Position numbers and translations under genes: made by a program. Below, in pieces: positions 1-10,924 of a stretch of 64,000 bases of DNA; position 1 is the first letter of the stretch, and the number at the start of each line of letters is the position of its first letter. The stretch spans positions 106,332,001 through 106,396,000 of the forward strand of contig NC_086097.1 in NCBI RefSeq assembly GCF_963921235.1, given 5' to 3'. This DNA is from Mobula hypostoma. Taxonomy: Eukaryota. The notes below the pieces were generated by a model. The model did not search any database. It saw only the letters and a program-made list of their open reading frames with translations, and had not been told where the DNA came from.

Positions 1-455
1 GATAAGCTTCGAAAGCATGAGCCTTAACATAAGTATTAAATAAAACTGCACGGAAGCCAAGAACACACAGAATAGTCACAGTACCCCCAATCCACCCTAC
101 AATTCTTCTAGCAACCAACACACAAGCACTGAAATCTACCAGGAAGTTTACTTTTAAACTTCTCTGAAGGATAAAATAAAACACAATAGGCTTTCGGTAA
201 TGTATTGTATTTGTTTTTATATATAAAATTATTTTTAGATGTATCTGCCGTGCAGGATGCACTAATACCATAATTTTAGCCAATCTGGCTCTGTACAAAT
301 TTGTATGACTCCTGTCTGTACATTGTCATTTATGATGAATCCACTAAAATAGTTGGTTTGATCACAGTAAAAAAAAAATCATTTTTAAAATATAATGCAT
401 CGTTTAACAGGAACAGACTTCGTTTTAAAAGATGCTTTACCCTATTACCTTCTAG

Positions 456-519
456 GTGTTTGCATACACATTAGACCCGCATTAAAGCCAAACTGAAACT
501 ATGTGGCAGGAAACCCAAG
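456..519 (+). other. Candidate host exon (5'UTR/first coding or non-coding)
   Basis: Pyrimidine tract ending ttctAG before 456 and AAG|GTAAGT donor after 519. All three frames carry stops before the ATG at 501 (MWQETQ), so it is not an internal coding exon. Confidence 0.3.
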
Positions 520-3500
520 GTAAGTTCACCTATGATGTCTCTCGTGATAAACTTTTTGAGATCCTGTATCATGCTGCAGATGCAAAGCAAATGATTTCAA
601 ATCAATGTGCTGTGAACAGTATACTTTGTCCCCATTACACTGTGCTTGAGATTATCTGCGGTCTGATGCTATACATTTCATACAAGTTACCTTGATCAGC
701 AATATTTTGTTACTGTGCTGATGACACTAAGTAGCAAAAAATATCATCAAAGTTACTGGACGAAGGATCAAGTGCACCACTAGTGCAGAAAATTGTAAGA
801 ATTAATTCCTCATATACATGCTTTCCCTGCAGACTTAATCATAGCCAGCAATGAAATAATACAGCAATTTATGTCATGCTCTAAGCTGTCCCTTAGCAAC
901 ACTTAAAGTGGCCTGAGGATGTGATGCATAGTCGGTTCACCTCCACGAAATGAAGAGCCAAATGAATTAACAGTTTCTAATTTCTCCTTGAAAAGTTCAT
1001 TTCACAACAAATGTTTTATATTTACAGCCTTGAAATTTAAATGTAGAAGAAAGATGAAACAAAGATCTGTCAGGGTACACTTTGATGCTGTATCAGGTGA
1101 ATAGAAAGATTATGGCCTCATGGAATAAATAGAGCAAAAGAAACAGGTGCTCTTATTGCAGGTGACTAATGACATAGAGTGCAAAAACAAAGAAATCAAC
1201 CTCGATTAAACAATGATTTACCTAATACTGGAAAACTGTTTCCAGTTCTGGTCATTGCATTCTTGGAAGGAGCTGAAAACATTATTTACGCGAATGATCC
1301 CAGGAATGAAGGATTTCAGTTGCACAGACTGTTGAAGGTGCAGGTGTTGACTTTAGAAGGTTGAGAGGAGACTGAATGAAAGCATTCTTGAATTTACTGC
1401 CTGAAAGCATGAACAAGGGAAGTTCCAGTCTGACTTTTATAAATTAATCAGATTAAAGAAAGCCACAATAAAGATGTAGGTTTATTGAAAAAGAACCAGG
1501 GTACAGAAATTGATGGCACTGTTGTCTTGATGGGCTACCATCAATATTTTACAATGTTTGGACCAATATTACACACTAAGGCAGCCTTTTTTGATGAGGA
1601 AGTCTATTGAAGTAAATGATGTGTGTGCTAACCAGCTAGGCTGTGGGCAGCAATGAGTCATTTTATAATGCACAAATGAGGTTTGAAAAAGAGCTAACAT
1701 TTTATGTTTATGGCTCTCCCAATTGCTCATTTGGGTAAGGCAGCGATTAGCAGAAACATAAAAACCACAAAGATTGCAGGTTTGATCCCATATCTATGAT
1801 GAATTAGATATTGGATTAATGTCAGAGCAGGAGACAGTAATGGCCCCAAGGGCTACTTCCTTCATTGTGTGCACAGAGAAACATTAACTAGACCTTAGTT
1901 GCTGCCAGGAAAAAGTGAGCTTTTTAGAAAAGTGTCCTTATCTCATTGTATGTCCAGTATAGGAATAGATAAAACTACAATTAAGTTCTAAAAACAATAT
2001 TTCTGATACAACTATTTGACATATTCTGTCTGTGTGAGACACTTTAACTGCCTTTATCCTCAATGCAAACTATGGGACAGTTAAATTATAGCAAGAACAT
2101 ATTACACTTAGTTGAGTAGAAATGAATTGTTCTAGTTCATCCTTTTGAACAATTTAATTTCTGTACATATAGACAGAAGTAACAGAACCCAACACAATAT
2201 AGATACAAATGGCAGCATCTAGAAGGTCAAACATCCATTGTAGAGTTCATTTTTACTCAGAGACTTTGGCTATTTGAGATTTCTGGCATAAACACAAATC
2301 ACATCTTTTGGACAATTAATCATTTCTGAGAAAACTTTGATTAAAAATTGTATAAAAATTTATCTCACATTCATAGATCAAACTGAAGCCTTTGATAGAC
2401 CCTTCAATGCTCTGAAGTCACTGCTCTGGCAACTCCTCAAGTCACTCCTCAAGATACAGTATTACCTTGTTATATTCACAATTATTGTATAGTTTAAAAT
2501 TTTTAAATCATTTTAATATAGAGATGCACCATCAACATTTAATGGATAGTTAGAAGAATACATATGTGCCTACAAGTCCAAAGAAATAAAGCTTTATATC
2601 AGTTTGATTATTTCAACCAAGTAGTAAACAGAGGAAAACAAACTAGCAGATGTCTGTTCTATTTATTGCATATTTGGGTTGGTATTTCGTGCACGATGTA
2701 TTCACAGTACAGTAAATACTGCAATTAGAACATCACACACTAAAATAAATTGAATTCTATGAGTTTTATCCTCTTTTTAAAATGCCTGCAACAATAGTTC
2801 TGGAAATAAAAGTTGCACACCCTGTTAAAACAATTTATTCAACTGCAAACAATTGAAAAAAAACAGGCTCAGTCTCAAGCTTCAACAACTTTGCTTGACC
2901 TTGCACAGTCAAACACTAAAATTGATTTGGTTATAATAATAATAAAAGGAAGCCTGCATTATCTGTATTCTAATTCCAATTAATAAAACTGGAAGTGATG
3001 TATTATTTATGACTGGGTCCATGTCGGGTGAAATGCGATCATAATCTGCTGTGTAATTTTATTGATATACTGATGTATGACTTTAACGCAGAAAGAAGTG
3101 AAACAATATGGAGCTGCAAAATCGTCTGCATTATATGGAATATCATGGCTAATGTCTTAAAAATGTCTGTAGGTTGTACAAATTAACAAACACTGTTACA
3201 GTAGTCTAAGTTGATTGGAGAAAGGTACTGAGAATTAAAGCGTCAATAGATTGCACATCACGACCCTTCAGTGCTCTCCAGGGTTTGCCAGATTAGCGCA
3301 CTGTAAAAAAAATCTTAAGAACATGCATCATTTTCCCAGGCAAAATACAAGCATGAGTAACCTCACTTTCAGGAATTCTATTTCTCTCTTCTTTCAAACT
3401 TCACGCAAAGCCAGTGCTCCCCAATTCCTAACTGAGTCAAGAATCAATCTCTACCCTTCTTAAGCGTTTCCATATTTTTTACAATATGATACCCTATTCC

Positions 3501-3580
3501 AGAAGTAAAATGAATTTGGGGATTTGCTCATTTATTGTTTCCCTATGTTGTTAAGTTCCATACTATTTTTTTTCATTTAC

Positions 3581-3849
3581 AACACAGAATAGGTCCATCC
3601 AGCCCTTTGAATCATGCCACCCGGCATATTTAACTCTTGCCTAATTATGGGACAATTTACAATGACCAACTAACTGACTAACTAGACTGCCTTTGGACTG
3701 TGGGTGGAAACCAGAGCACCTGGAGAAAACCCACTGTAGTACAGGGAGGATATACAAACTCCTGAAAGAGGATGCCAGGATTGAACTCTGAACTCTGATG
3801 TCTTGAGCTGTTATAGCTTCGTGCTAACCAAAATGCTACGGTAGCGTCC
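3581..3849 (-). mobile_element. V-SINE/HE1-like tRNA-derived SINE
   Basis: Shares the core 'gggtttcc..gg.tgctccggtttcctccca' and 'ggtaggttaattggtcattgtaaattgtcc' with copies at 11177 and 31228. Confidence 0.75.
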
Positions 3850-3932
3850 AACTAATGAATGCATCATACTCCTTCTATCAATCCTCTTCATGACCTAAAA
3901 TTTAGCCAAAAACACACTATATCTACTAACAA

Positions 3933-4380
3933 CTCACACAAAATGCTGGAGAAACTCAGCAGGTCAGGCAACATCCATGGAAGTGAACACACAGTCAGTG
4001 TTTCAGGCCGAGATCCTTCTCCAAGACTGGAAAGGAGGGGGAAGACACCAGAATAAAATGGATGAGGGAGGAGAAGAAGGATAGCCAGAAGGTGATAGGT
4101 GAAATCAGGTGGGTGAGAAAGGTCAACGGCTGGAGATGAAGGAATCTGATAGCAACAGAGAGTGGACCATAGGAGAAAGGGAAGGAGAGGCGCCAGTTGG
4201 GTGTGATAGGCAATTGAGAAGAGGTAAGAGACCAAACAGAAGAATAGAAGAAGAGGGAGGGGGAGGAAAATTTGTTTTTACTGGAAGGAGGAATCAATAT
4301 TCACGCCATCAAGTTGGAGGGTAACCAGACGGAATATAATGTGGAGCCCCCTCCACCCTGAGGGTGGCCTCATCGTGACA
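3933..4380 (-). mobile_element. Penelope-like element 3' end/pLTR, truncated
   Basis: Same 3' sequence as the GIY-YIG-bearing copy at 26735-27560; degenerate hammerhead motif near 3993-4030. Confidence 0.75.
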
Positions 4381-4415
4381 TATCCACTGTGTACATACAT
4401 CTATTGATGCTTCTG

Positions 4416-4488
4416 GACACATCTTCAGTGATGTTCCTGGAATCATCGGGTGTTTTGGGTCTTTCAACATCATACAACCTCCTCTAGG
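4416..4488 (-). ncRNA. Candidate permuted hammerhead ribozyme, downstream copy (G12>A decayed)
   Basis: CCUAGA G GA GGUUG UA UGAUGUU GAAA GACCC AAAA CACCC GAU GA U UCCAGG AACAUCA CUGAAGA U GUGUC. Confidence 0.6.
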
Positions 4489-4536
4489 CGACCTAACCGG
4501 GGCTGATCAGACTCCAGCTTGTGTTCAGATGGCTAG

Positions 4537-7500
4537 CTACTTATGATTCCATGGCTCCCCTCTTTTGAGCCACAGCCATCTTGAGGCCCTCTCTGCCGCA
4601 TCGGTGGCACTGCGGATGGCTCTCCTCTTCCTCTCTCCCTCGATGCCCAAAATGCTGAAGGCTCTAACTAAAGAACGGGCCATGAATTCCCTACAACCAA
4701 CCTCCACTGGGAGACACCTCGCTCTCCATCCAGCCTGCTGACAGTTGCTGACCAGTCCTGCGTACTTGAAGAGCTTCCTTTCAAAGGCCTCTTCCAAGCT
4801 ATCTTCCCATGGGACTGTCAGCTCCAGCAGCACCACTTGTTTAGTAGACTCAGACACTAGGACAATGTCTGGTCGCAGGGTGGTGGCTGCGATATGGTTG
4901 GGGAACTTCAGCTGCCCTTTGAGGTCCATCAACAGCTGCCTGTCCCTTGCAGAGGTCAGAATGCCTGCAGATGTTCTTTTGGCAGGTATTGGCTGCTCCC
5001 CAGCTCTGACAAAGGCAATGGTCTGCTTGGAGGGTCGGGACCACTTCGCCCACTCAACACCTGCGCTGACGGCTTCAGCGATGGTCTTCAGGACCTGATC
5101 ATGCCTCCACCTGTACCGTCCCTCACCAAGTGCCCTTGCACAGCCGCTGAGGATGTGCTCCAGGGTTCCTCGCTTGGAGCACAGTGAGCACGCAGATGAC
5201 ACTGCCTTGCCCCATGTATGCAGGTTTGATGGGCTTGGAAGCACATCGTACACTGCCTGGATGAGAAATTGGATGCGGTGTGGTTCGGCTTTCCATGGAT
5301 CAGTCCTGATGAAGGGTCTCGGTCTGCAACGTCGACTGCACCTCTTCCTACAGATGCTGCCTGGCCTGCTGCGTTCACCAGCAACTTTGATGTGTGTTGC
5401 AAAGATCAGCCCAGGTCACTTTCCTCTCAACCGCATTCTCCCACCTTGTCCAAGCTCCCTGTTGCTTCATTCCCACAGCCTTGCAGGCTCTCATCTCCTC
5501 CACTACTGCTCTCACCTCCTCCTGAACTAGACGGCGCCTTTCCTTCCCTCTGTTGTCCATTTGGGGAGTTGGAAAGGATCCTAGCCCAGCTTGGCCTTGT
5601 GTGACCACTCCCACCAGCCTCCTGTCACGCAGCCTCGCCTCTGCCTCCTGAACAGCTTCCTCTGCCCTCCACTTCCTGCCAGTACTTACTTGGATTCCTG
5701 CTCCAGCCACCTTCGGGTCACTTGAGTCCCTATACTGTAGCACTTCTCTGGCTCTTGTTACCTTGAATTCTTCCTCCAAGGATTTGAAGGGCAGTTTCAG
5801 TTTGTTGTGGTGTCCATAGAGTGCGATGCTGCTCAGGCTCTTTGGCAGCCCCAGCCATCTCCTGAGGTGGTTGCTAACCCTCCTCTCTAAGGTTTCGACT
5901 GTCGAGATTGGAACTGCATAGACAAGGAGGGGCCACAGGATTCTGGGAAGAATGCCATGCTGATACGCCCAGGCTTTAAACTTCCCAGGTAGGCCAGACT
6001 TGTCCACAGATTTCAGCCAGCCATCCAACTCGGTGCAGGTTGCCTGAATGGATGTTGTGTCCCTTAAAGAGCTGTCAAAAACTTTGCCTAAGCTCTTGAC
6101 TGGCTTTTCTGTGATGGTTGGGATGGCTGTGCCTGCAATGCTGAACTGGAACTTGTTTTCCACCTTCCCTTTCCTCAGCACCATCGATCTTGATTTGGCA
6201 GGTTTGAAACGCATCTGGGCCCACTCCACCAGCTTTTCGAGCCCTTGCAGAATCCTCCGGCAGCCTGGGACTGATTCTGTGGTGACTGTGAGGTCATCCA
6301 TGAATGCCCTGATAGGTGGTTGCCGTTGAGCGGAATTCATTCTGGGCCCTCTGGACTCTGGTTCAGCAGACTTGGTGAGCATGTTCATGACTAGGGAGAA
6401 CAGTGTCACTGAGATAGTGCACCCTGTGATGATGCCGACCTCCACCTTGTGCCAGGTTGATGTAATTGCTCCTGAAGAGAGCCTCATCCTGAAGTTGCTG
6501 TAATAATCAGCGATAAGGTCTCTGATTCTGCTGGGGACGTGATATTTGGTTAGTGTGAGCTGCACCAGCTTGTGCGGAATGGAGCCATATGCATTTGCCA
6601 GGTCGAGCCACAACACTGACAGGTTGCCCTTGTTCTCTCTGGCTTCCCTGATGAGCTGCGTCACCATACCGATGTGCTCCAGACAACCCGGCATCCCTGA
6701 AATGCCACCCTTCTGGACTGATGTATCAATATAGGTGTTCTTTGTTCAGAAGGTGCACAACCGGTTGGAAACTGCACTGAAGAAGATCTTTGCCTCGACA
6801 CACAGCAGGGAGATGATGCGAAACTGATCTATCTGGGTGACATTTTCCTCCTTCGGGATCCACACCCCTTCAGCCACTCTCCACTGTTCTGGGATCTTCC
6901 CCCTTCTCCAGAAGATTCTCAGGATCTTCCACAGATGCAGCAGGAGTTTGGGGCAGTTCTTGTACACTTTGTATGAGGTGCTGCTTGGTTGTGGAGCCGA
7001 GCTTGCCCTTGCTTTGCGGACGACCTCTCTGACTTCCTTTAGCTGCAGCTCTGACATGTCGAACTGCACATCCGGTTCTGGTGGGTCTATTAGGATGTCG
7101 CACTCTCCCAACTCCTGCTCTCTTTCAGGATCATTATATATCTTCTTCAGATGTTGGTCTATGTCTTCCTGCGAACAGGCCAGTTTCCCACTGCGCTTCT
7201 CCCCCAGCAACTCCTTGGTGAACTTGAAGGGGTTGGTGATAAAGGCAGCACGTTTTCGAGCCCTTTCACGCCGCCACCTCCGATGCCACTCTGCCCGGCG
7301 GAGGACCCTGATCTTCTTTCGTAGTATGCTCATCAGCTGGGCCAAGCTAATGCGCTCCTCTTCTCCTGCCTCCTTGTATTGGGACTTCAGCACTTTCATC
7401 TCCTGCCTGATGTTGTGGATCCTCAATGCTCTTTGGTTCTTCGAGTAAGATGTTTTGGAGCCTTCCTTCTCCTCTTCTCCGAACGGTTCAGCTGCGATAC

Positions 7501-7894
7501 TAACAATAATTGTTGTCATGGCTTGCAGCTTCCTATCAACCCCTCCCTTCGTCGTTGCCTCCAGAATTTGGTTAACATCGTCATCAAACTGCTTCCACAG
7601 TGAAGTCAAGTTAGCTGCAGGTCATTTGATCCGCCTCCTGTTAGACTTCATGTTCGAGGGATTAGTTTGCAACACTTGGAGGTTCCGGGCACTATGGGGT
7701 GACTCCGGGCCTGGCCCCTCCTTCGTCTCACCAGGTTGGACACCTGCGCGTTGTGCTGCTCCTGCTCCCGCCAAACACTTCATCCTCGATTGGTGGATCT
7801 TCAAGCCACGATCGTTCTTGCAGATTTTGCCACATGCACACTGCTTCCTCATCGTCGTTTGTTCATTGACTGGGTCTGATGTCATTATGTCCAT
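4537..7894 (-). pseudogene. Disrupted single ORF (ZnF-RT-CCHC-RLE) of the HERO-like element
   Basis: ORFs 7894-7622, 7609-6746 and 6694-5375 share one frame, separated by two stops. Removing the 106-nt insertion at 5296-5401 puts 5253-4537 in the same frame (~1083 aa). Confidence 0.85.
5296..5401 (+). mobile_element. Short Penelope-like tail (minimal hammerhead plus 3' tail) inserted in the HERO-like ORF
   Basis: cagtcctgatgaagggtctcggtctgcaacgtcgactg...gtgtgttgc interrupts the codons WADL|WKAEPH. Confidence 0.85.
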
Positions 7895-8128
7895 CCGACT
7901 AGGGTGCTCATCCTCCCCCCCTCTCGGGCACCCCTAGGGGTATCTTTTCCTTAGATTCTTTGTGGCTTTTGTGGGGTCCTCCTCTCAGAGGATGCAGATT
8001 GGGTTGCCAGCCCGTTCTGCCCTTGTTGCCGTCTCTCCGGGCTGTCACAGACTCTCCAGTCGTCACCACTCTTTTCGTGGTTGTCACCCAGTCTTTCCTG
8101 GCTGTCACTGATTAACTCAGGGTGTAAG

Positions 8129-8452
8129 CTGTGTACATACATCTATTGATGCTTCTGGACGCATCTTCAGTGATGTTCCTGGAATCATCGGGTGTTTCAG
8201 GTCTTTCAACATCATACAACCTCCTCCAGGTGACCCAGTCGGGGCTGATCAGACCCCAGCTTGTGTCCAGGTGGCTAGCTACTTATGACTCCATGGCTCT
8301 CCTCTTTTGAGCCACAGCCATCTTGAGGCCCTCTCTGCCGCATCGGTGGTACTGCGGATGGCTCTCTCTCCCTCGATGCCAAAAATGCTGAAGGCTCTAA
8401 CTAAAGAACGGGCTATGAATCCCCTACAACCATCCTCCACTGGGAGACACCT
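8129..8452 (-). repeat. Direct repeat of the HERO-like 3' end placed head-to-tail at its 5' end
   Basis: Aligns by eye to 4387-4719 with scattered substitutions and a short deletion; abuts the full copy at 8128/8129 with no spacer. Confidence 0.92.
8158..8230 (-). ncRNA. Candidate non-circularly permuted hammerhead ribozyme with k-turn, upstream copy
   Basis: CCUGGA G GA GGUUG UA UGAUGUU GAAA GACCU GAAA CACCC GAU GA U UCCAGG AACAUCA CUGAAGA U GCGUC. Core CUGANGA, GAAA and UH are present with 7-bp stem I; predicted cut between 8215 and 8214. Confidence 0.7.
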
Positions 8453-9329
8453 AAATTGTTTGATAAATTTTCCTCTTGATGCATTCTGTCAAGAACTTTT
8501 GGTGGTTACTGCAATATATTTAGGGAGCTGCATTTTTAGTTAATCTTAAATTGCAATGTACACACATGCCCTGAATTCCCTTTGCTGTATCTCAAGCTCT
8601 TCCACTGCATTCCAGTGTAAAACTTGAGAGAATCAAGAGAAACTACATCAAAGGTATTTTCCAGGCAGTGCTCCAATAGAAGCCAGATAAATCTATAACT
8701 TCCATAGATTTCTAGGCCTATTTTCCACCCTGAATATTCTTCCATATCACTTCCAGGGTAGCTAAAGTGATTGACAAGCCAGTCTAAGGAGGACCAGGAA
8801 TGTTCTCCTTAGTGTCATCCACTAGATGGGCCTGCAAATGAGCCTATTCCTACAGCTCATTAAACTCCTGCAAATCTCTTGAGAATTCAAGATGCACATA
8901 AATCATCAGAAACAATCCAGCCTGAGAAAATGCATTGAGTTTTTAATTTTTTAATGAAAATTTAACTTTTGACTTATTTGACAAGAGCCACAAGCACGCC
9001 TGAGATTAGAGTTACAGCTGGTGTTGCACACATTAATGTTTTTTTTACCTCTGGTTTCCTGCCCAGAAACCAGATGTACAGATTGTCTGGCCAAATTGCA
9101 ACAGACTGCACAAAGATATAGAGTTTAGGATGCTGCTGCTTCAGGGAGTAGCAGAAAATTGATCAGGCGCTTGGAAATAGAGAGAAAGCTCTTTAGGCAG
9201 AGTAGTGATAATGACTAGTAGTGGATGTATCAGAAATACAGGAATCTTCAAAAGTATATGTACAGTTAGCTCTTTTCCCTGAAAAGGTGGGAATGCTAAT
9301 GAATGCAATTAGTATCATCAGGGTTTCGA

Positions 9330-9740
9330 GGTGAACACGGAGTACAGAAATATTGGAAGAAGAGGGAATTGTGTGTTGCTGGTGGTAGGACTGGAGACAA
9401 TTGAGACACTGACAAATTTATCAGCTTCAGCTTCACAAACCACATGTAAAATTTTGTAAGAGGATATTGTGTAAACCTTGAAGGGACATTTTACTCCAGC
9501 CTTGTTGGAGGCTTGAGAGCTGCAGCTTTGGCATGCGTAACCCGTACAAGAGGAATTGATTGGCTGATATGGTGATGGGCTAAAAGTGCTGACTCAAAGA
9601 TTCAGTTCAGACCTTTGTGAACAGAGTATTGCACCTTTTCTGTGTGTGCAAACTAGCAGATGAGAAAATCCAGGTGAAACTATTTAATACTTGGGACCTC
9701 TCTTCTAAGGGAGCTTGCAGAATGGACCTTAGTTTGGAGT
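9330..9740 (+). mobile_element. Highly decayed Gypsy-like gag remnant
   Basis: Fragmentary translations LLVVGLETIETLTNL, EDIV*TLKGHFTP and LADEKIQVKLFNTWDLS..A..M..SLELG occur in the order expected for Ty3/Gypsy gag. Confidence 0.45.
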
Positions 9741-10924
9741 TGGGCTTCGAAGTGTAAGACAACTTAGTTTTGGCACATTTTCAAGATAAGAGCAAGAAAC
9801 AAGCTCGTTATGATAATGGCAGCATGATTTTCCTCTTTGTAAGTAGGTTTGGCAGGAAATGAACAACAGGTCAGATGGGTGCAAAGTTCAGCAAGGCTGC
9901 AAGTCATCTGGGTGCAAAAGGTGAGAGGCCTTGTATTGGATGTAGTGGAAGAACCAGGCCTCAAAATGCCCATTCAAAATGTCTCAGGATTATGTTTTCA
10001 TAGGTGAACATAGCCCTGAAAAAAGCAACAGCCAACAATATAGAAGTTCTCAATCTGTTGGTAGAAACACACAATGAGGAGCTAGAAATGGGAATAATGA
10101 TCGATATTGAGAAGTGTGATAAACACAGCTCACCCTGTCAATTCTGGTAACAGCTATAAATATGCACATTGATACAGTGAAAAGTTGGTTTATTATAGAC
10201 CATGATGTGTATCTGAAATACCAGAATCACATTCCATTTTGATAATCAAACTGCAGCATTTGTCTAAAGTTCAAACATTCTAAAAACATTTTGCCACTGG
10301 TAAAATTTGGCTCATCAAATTCATTCCAACTCCTTGTATCATCCCATCAGTGCCATTCCTCTGCATTACCCAAGCCCAATGATTAGCGTTTCTTCAAATG
10401 CATTTTGAAAGTCCTATTTCCATCTCATTACAGGCAGTCATAACCTCACAATGCAGAAAGATACAGTCCTTCTATTCCATTGTGTTTTTTTGCCTATTAA
10501 TTTAAATAACCTGATCCTAATCATTGAATAATCTCCTGATTTGGAACGGTTTATCTACCTACCCACCTAAAGTTATCACAATCTATGACATATCTATCAA
10601 ATGACCTCTTAAAGCATTTGCCTCTGGGAGAACAATTCAGTTTGACCTTGAAGCTAAGTCATTCTATGCTTCATTGCTTCTGCAACATGTTTACAACCCT
10701 CCATCCTTTCTAGAATGTGATATCTGGTTTTGACATAACCAATGTACAGTAAAGGTTGAATGTTTTGCATTCCATGGCATGATCTATGAAGTCCCATATA
10801 TTTTGTAAACATCTCAATTAATGTGCAATATCACTAAGAGTTACATACATAAAAACCCAGTCTCCTATGTGCCTGAACATCCTTTAAAATTGGTTCCCAG
10901 CAAATCAAGACTTTTATCACCTCA

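Larger units (their letters stand above)
4387..8128 (-). mobile_element. R2-superfamily non-LTR retrotransposon with restriction-like endonuclease (HERO-like), near full length
   Basis: Domain order is N-terminal zinc finger (CACGKICKNDRGLKIHQSRMKC), RT (WLDLANAYGSIPH, GIITGCTIS, AFMDDLTV), CCHC knuckle (CSLC..TLEHILSGC), then RLE (RHD, RPDIV, ELTVPWE, K..KY). Confidence 0.9.

Noticed and set aside
6837..7937. Long + strand ORFs (203 aa and 160 aa)
   Set aside because: Antisense shadows of the retrotransposon ORF.
7960..8128. HDV-like ribozyme at the 5' end of the HERO-like element
   Set aside because: I could not build the nested double pseudoknot by eye; not excluded without a covariance-model search.
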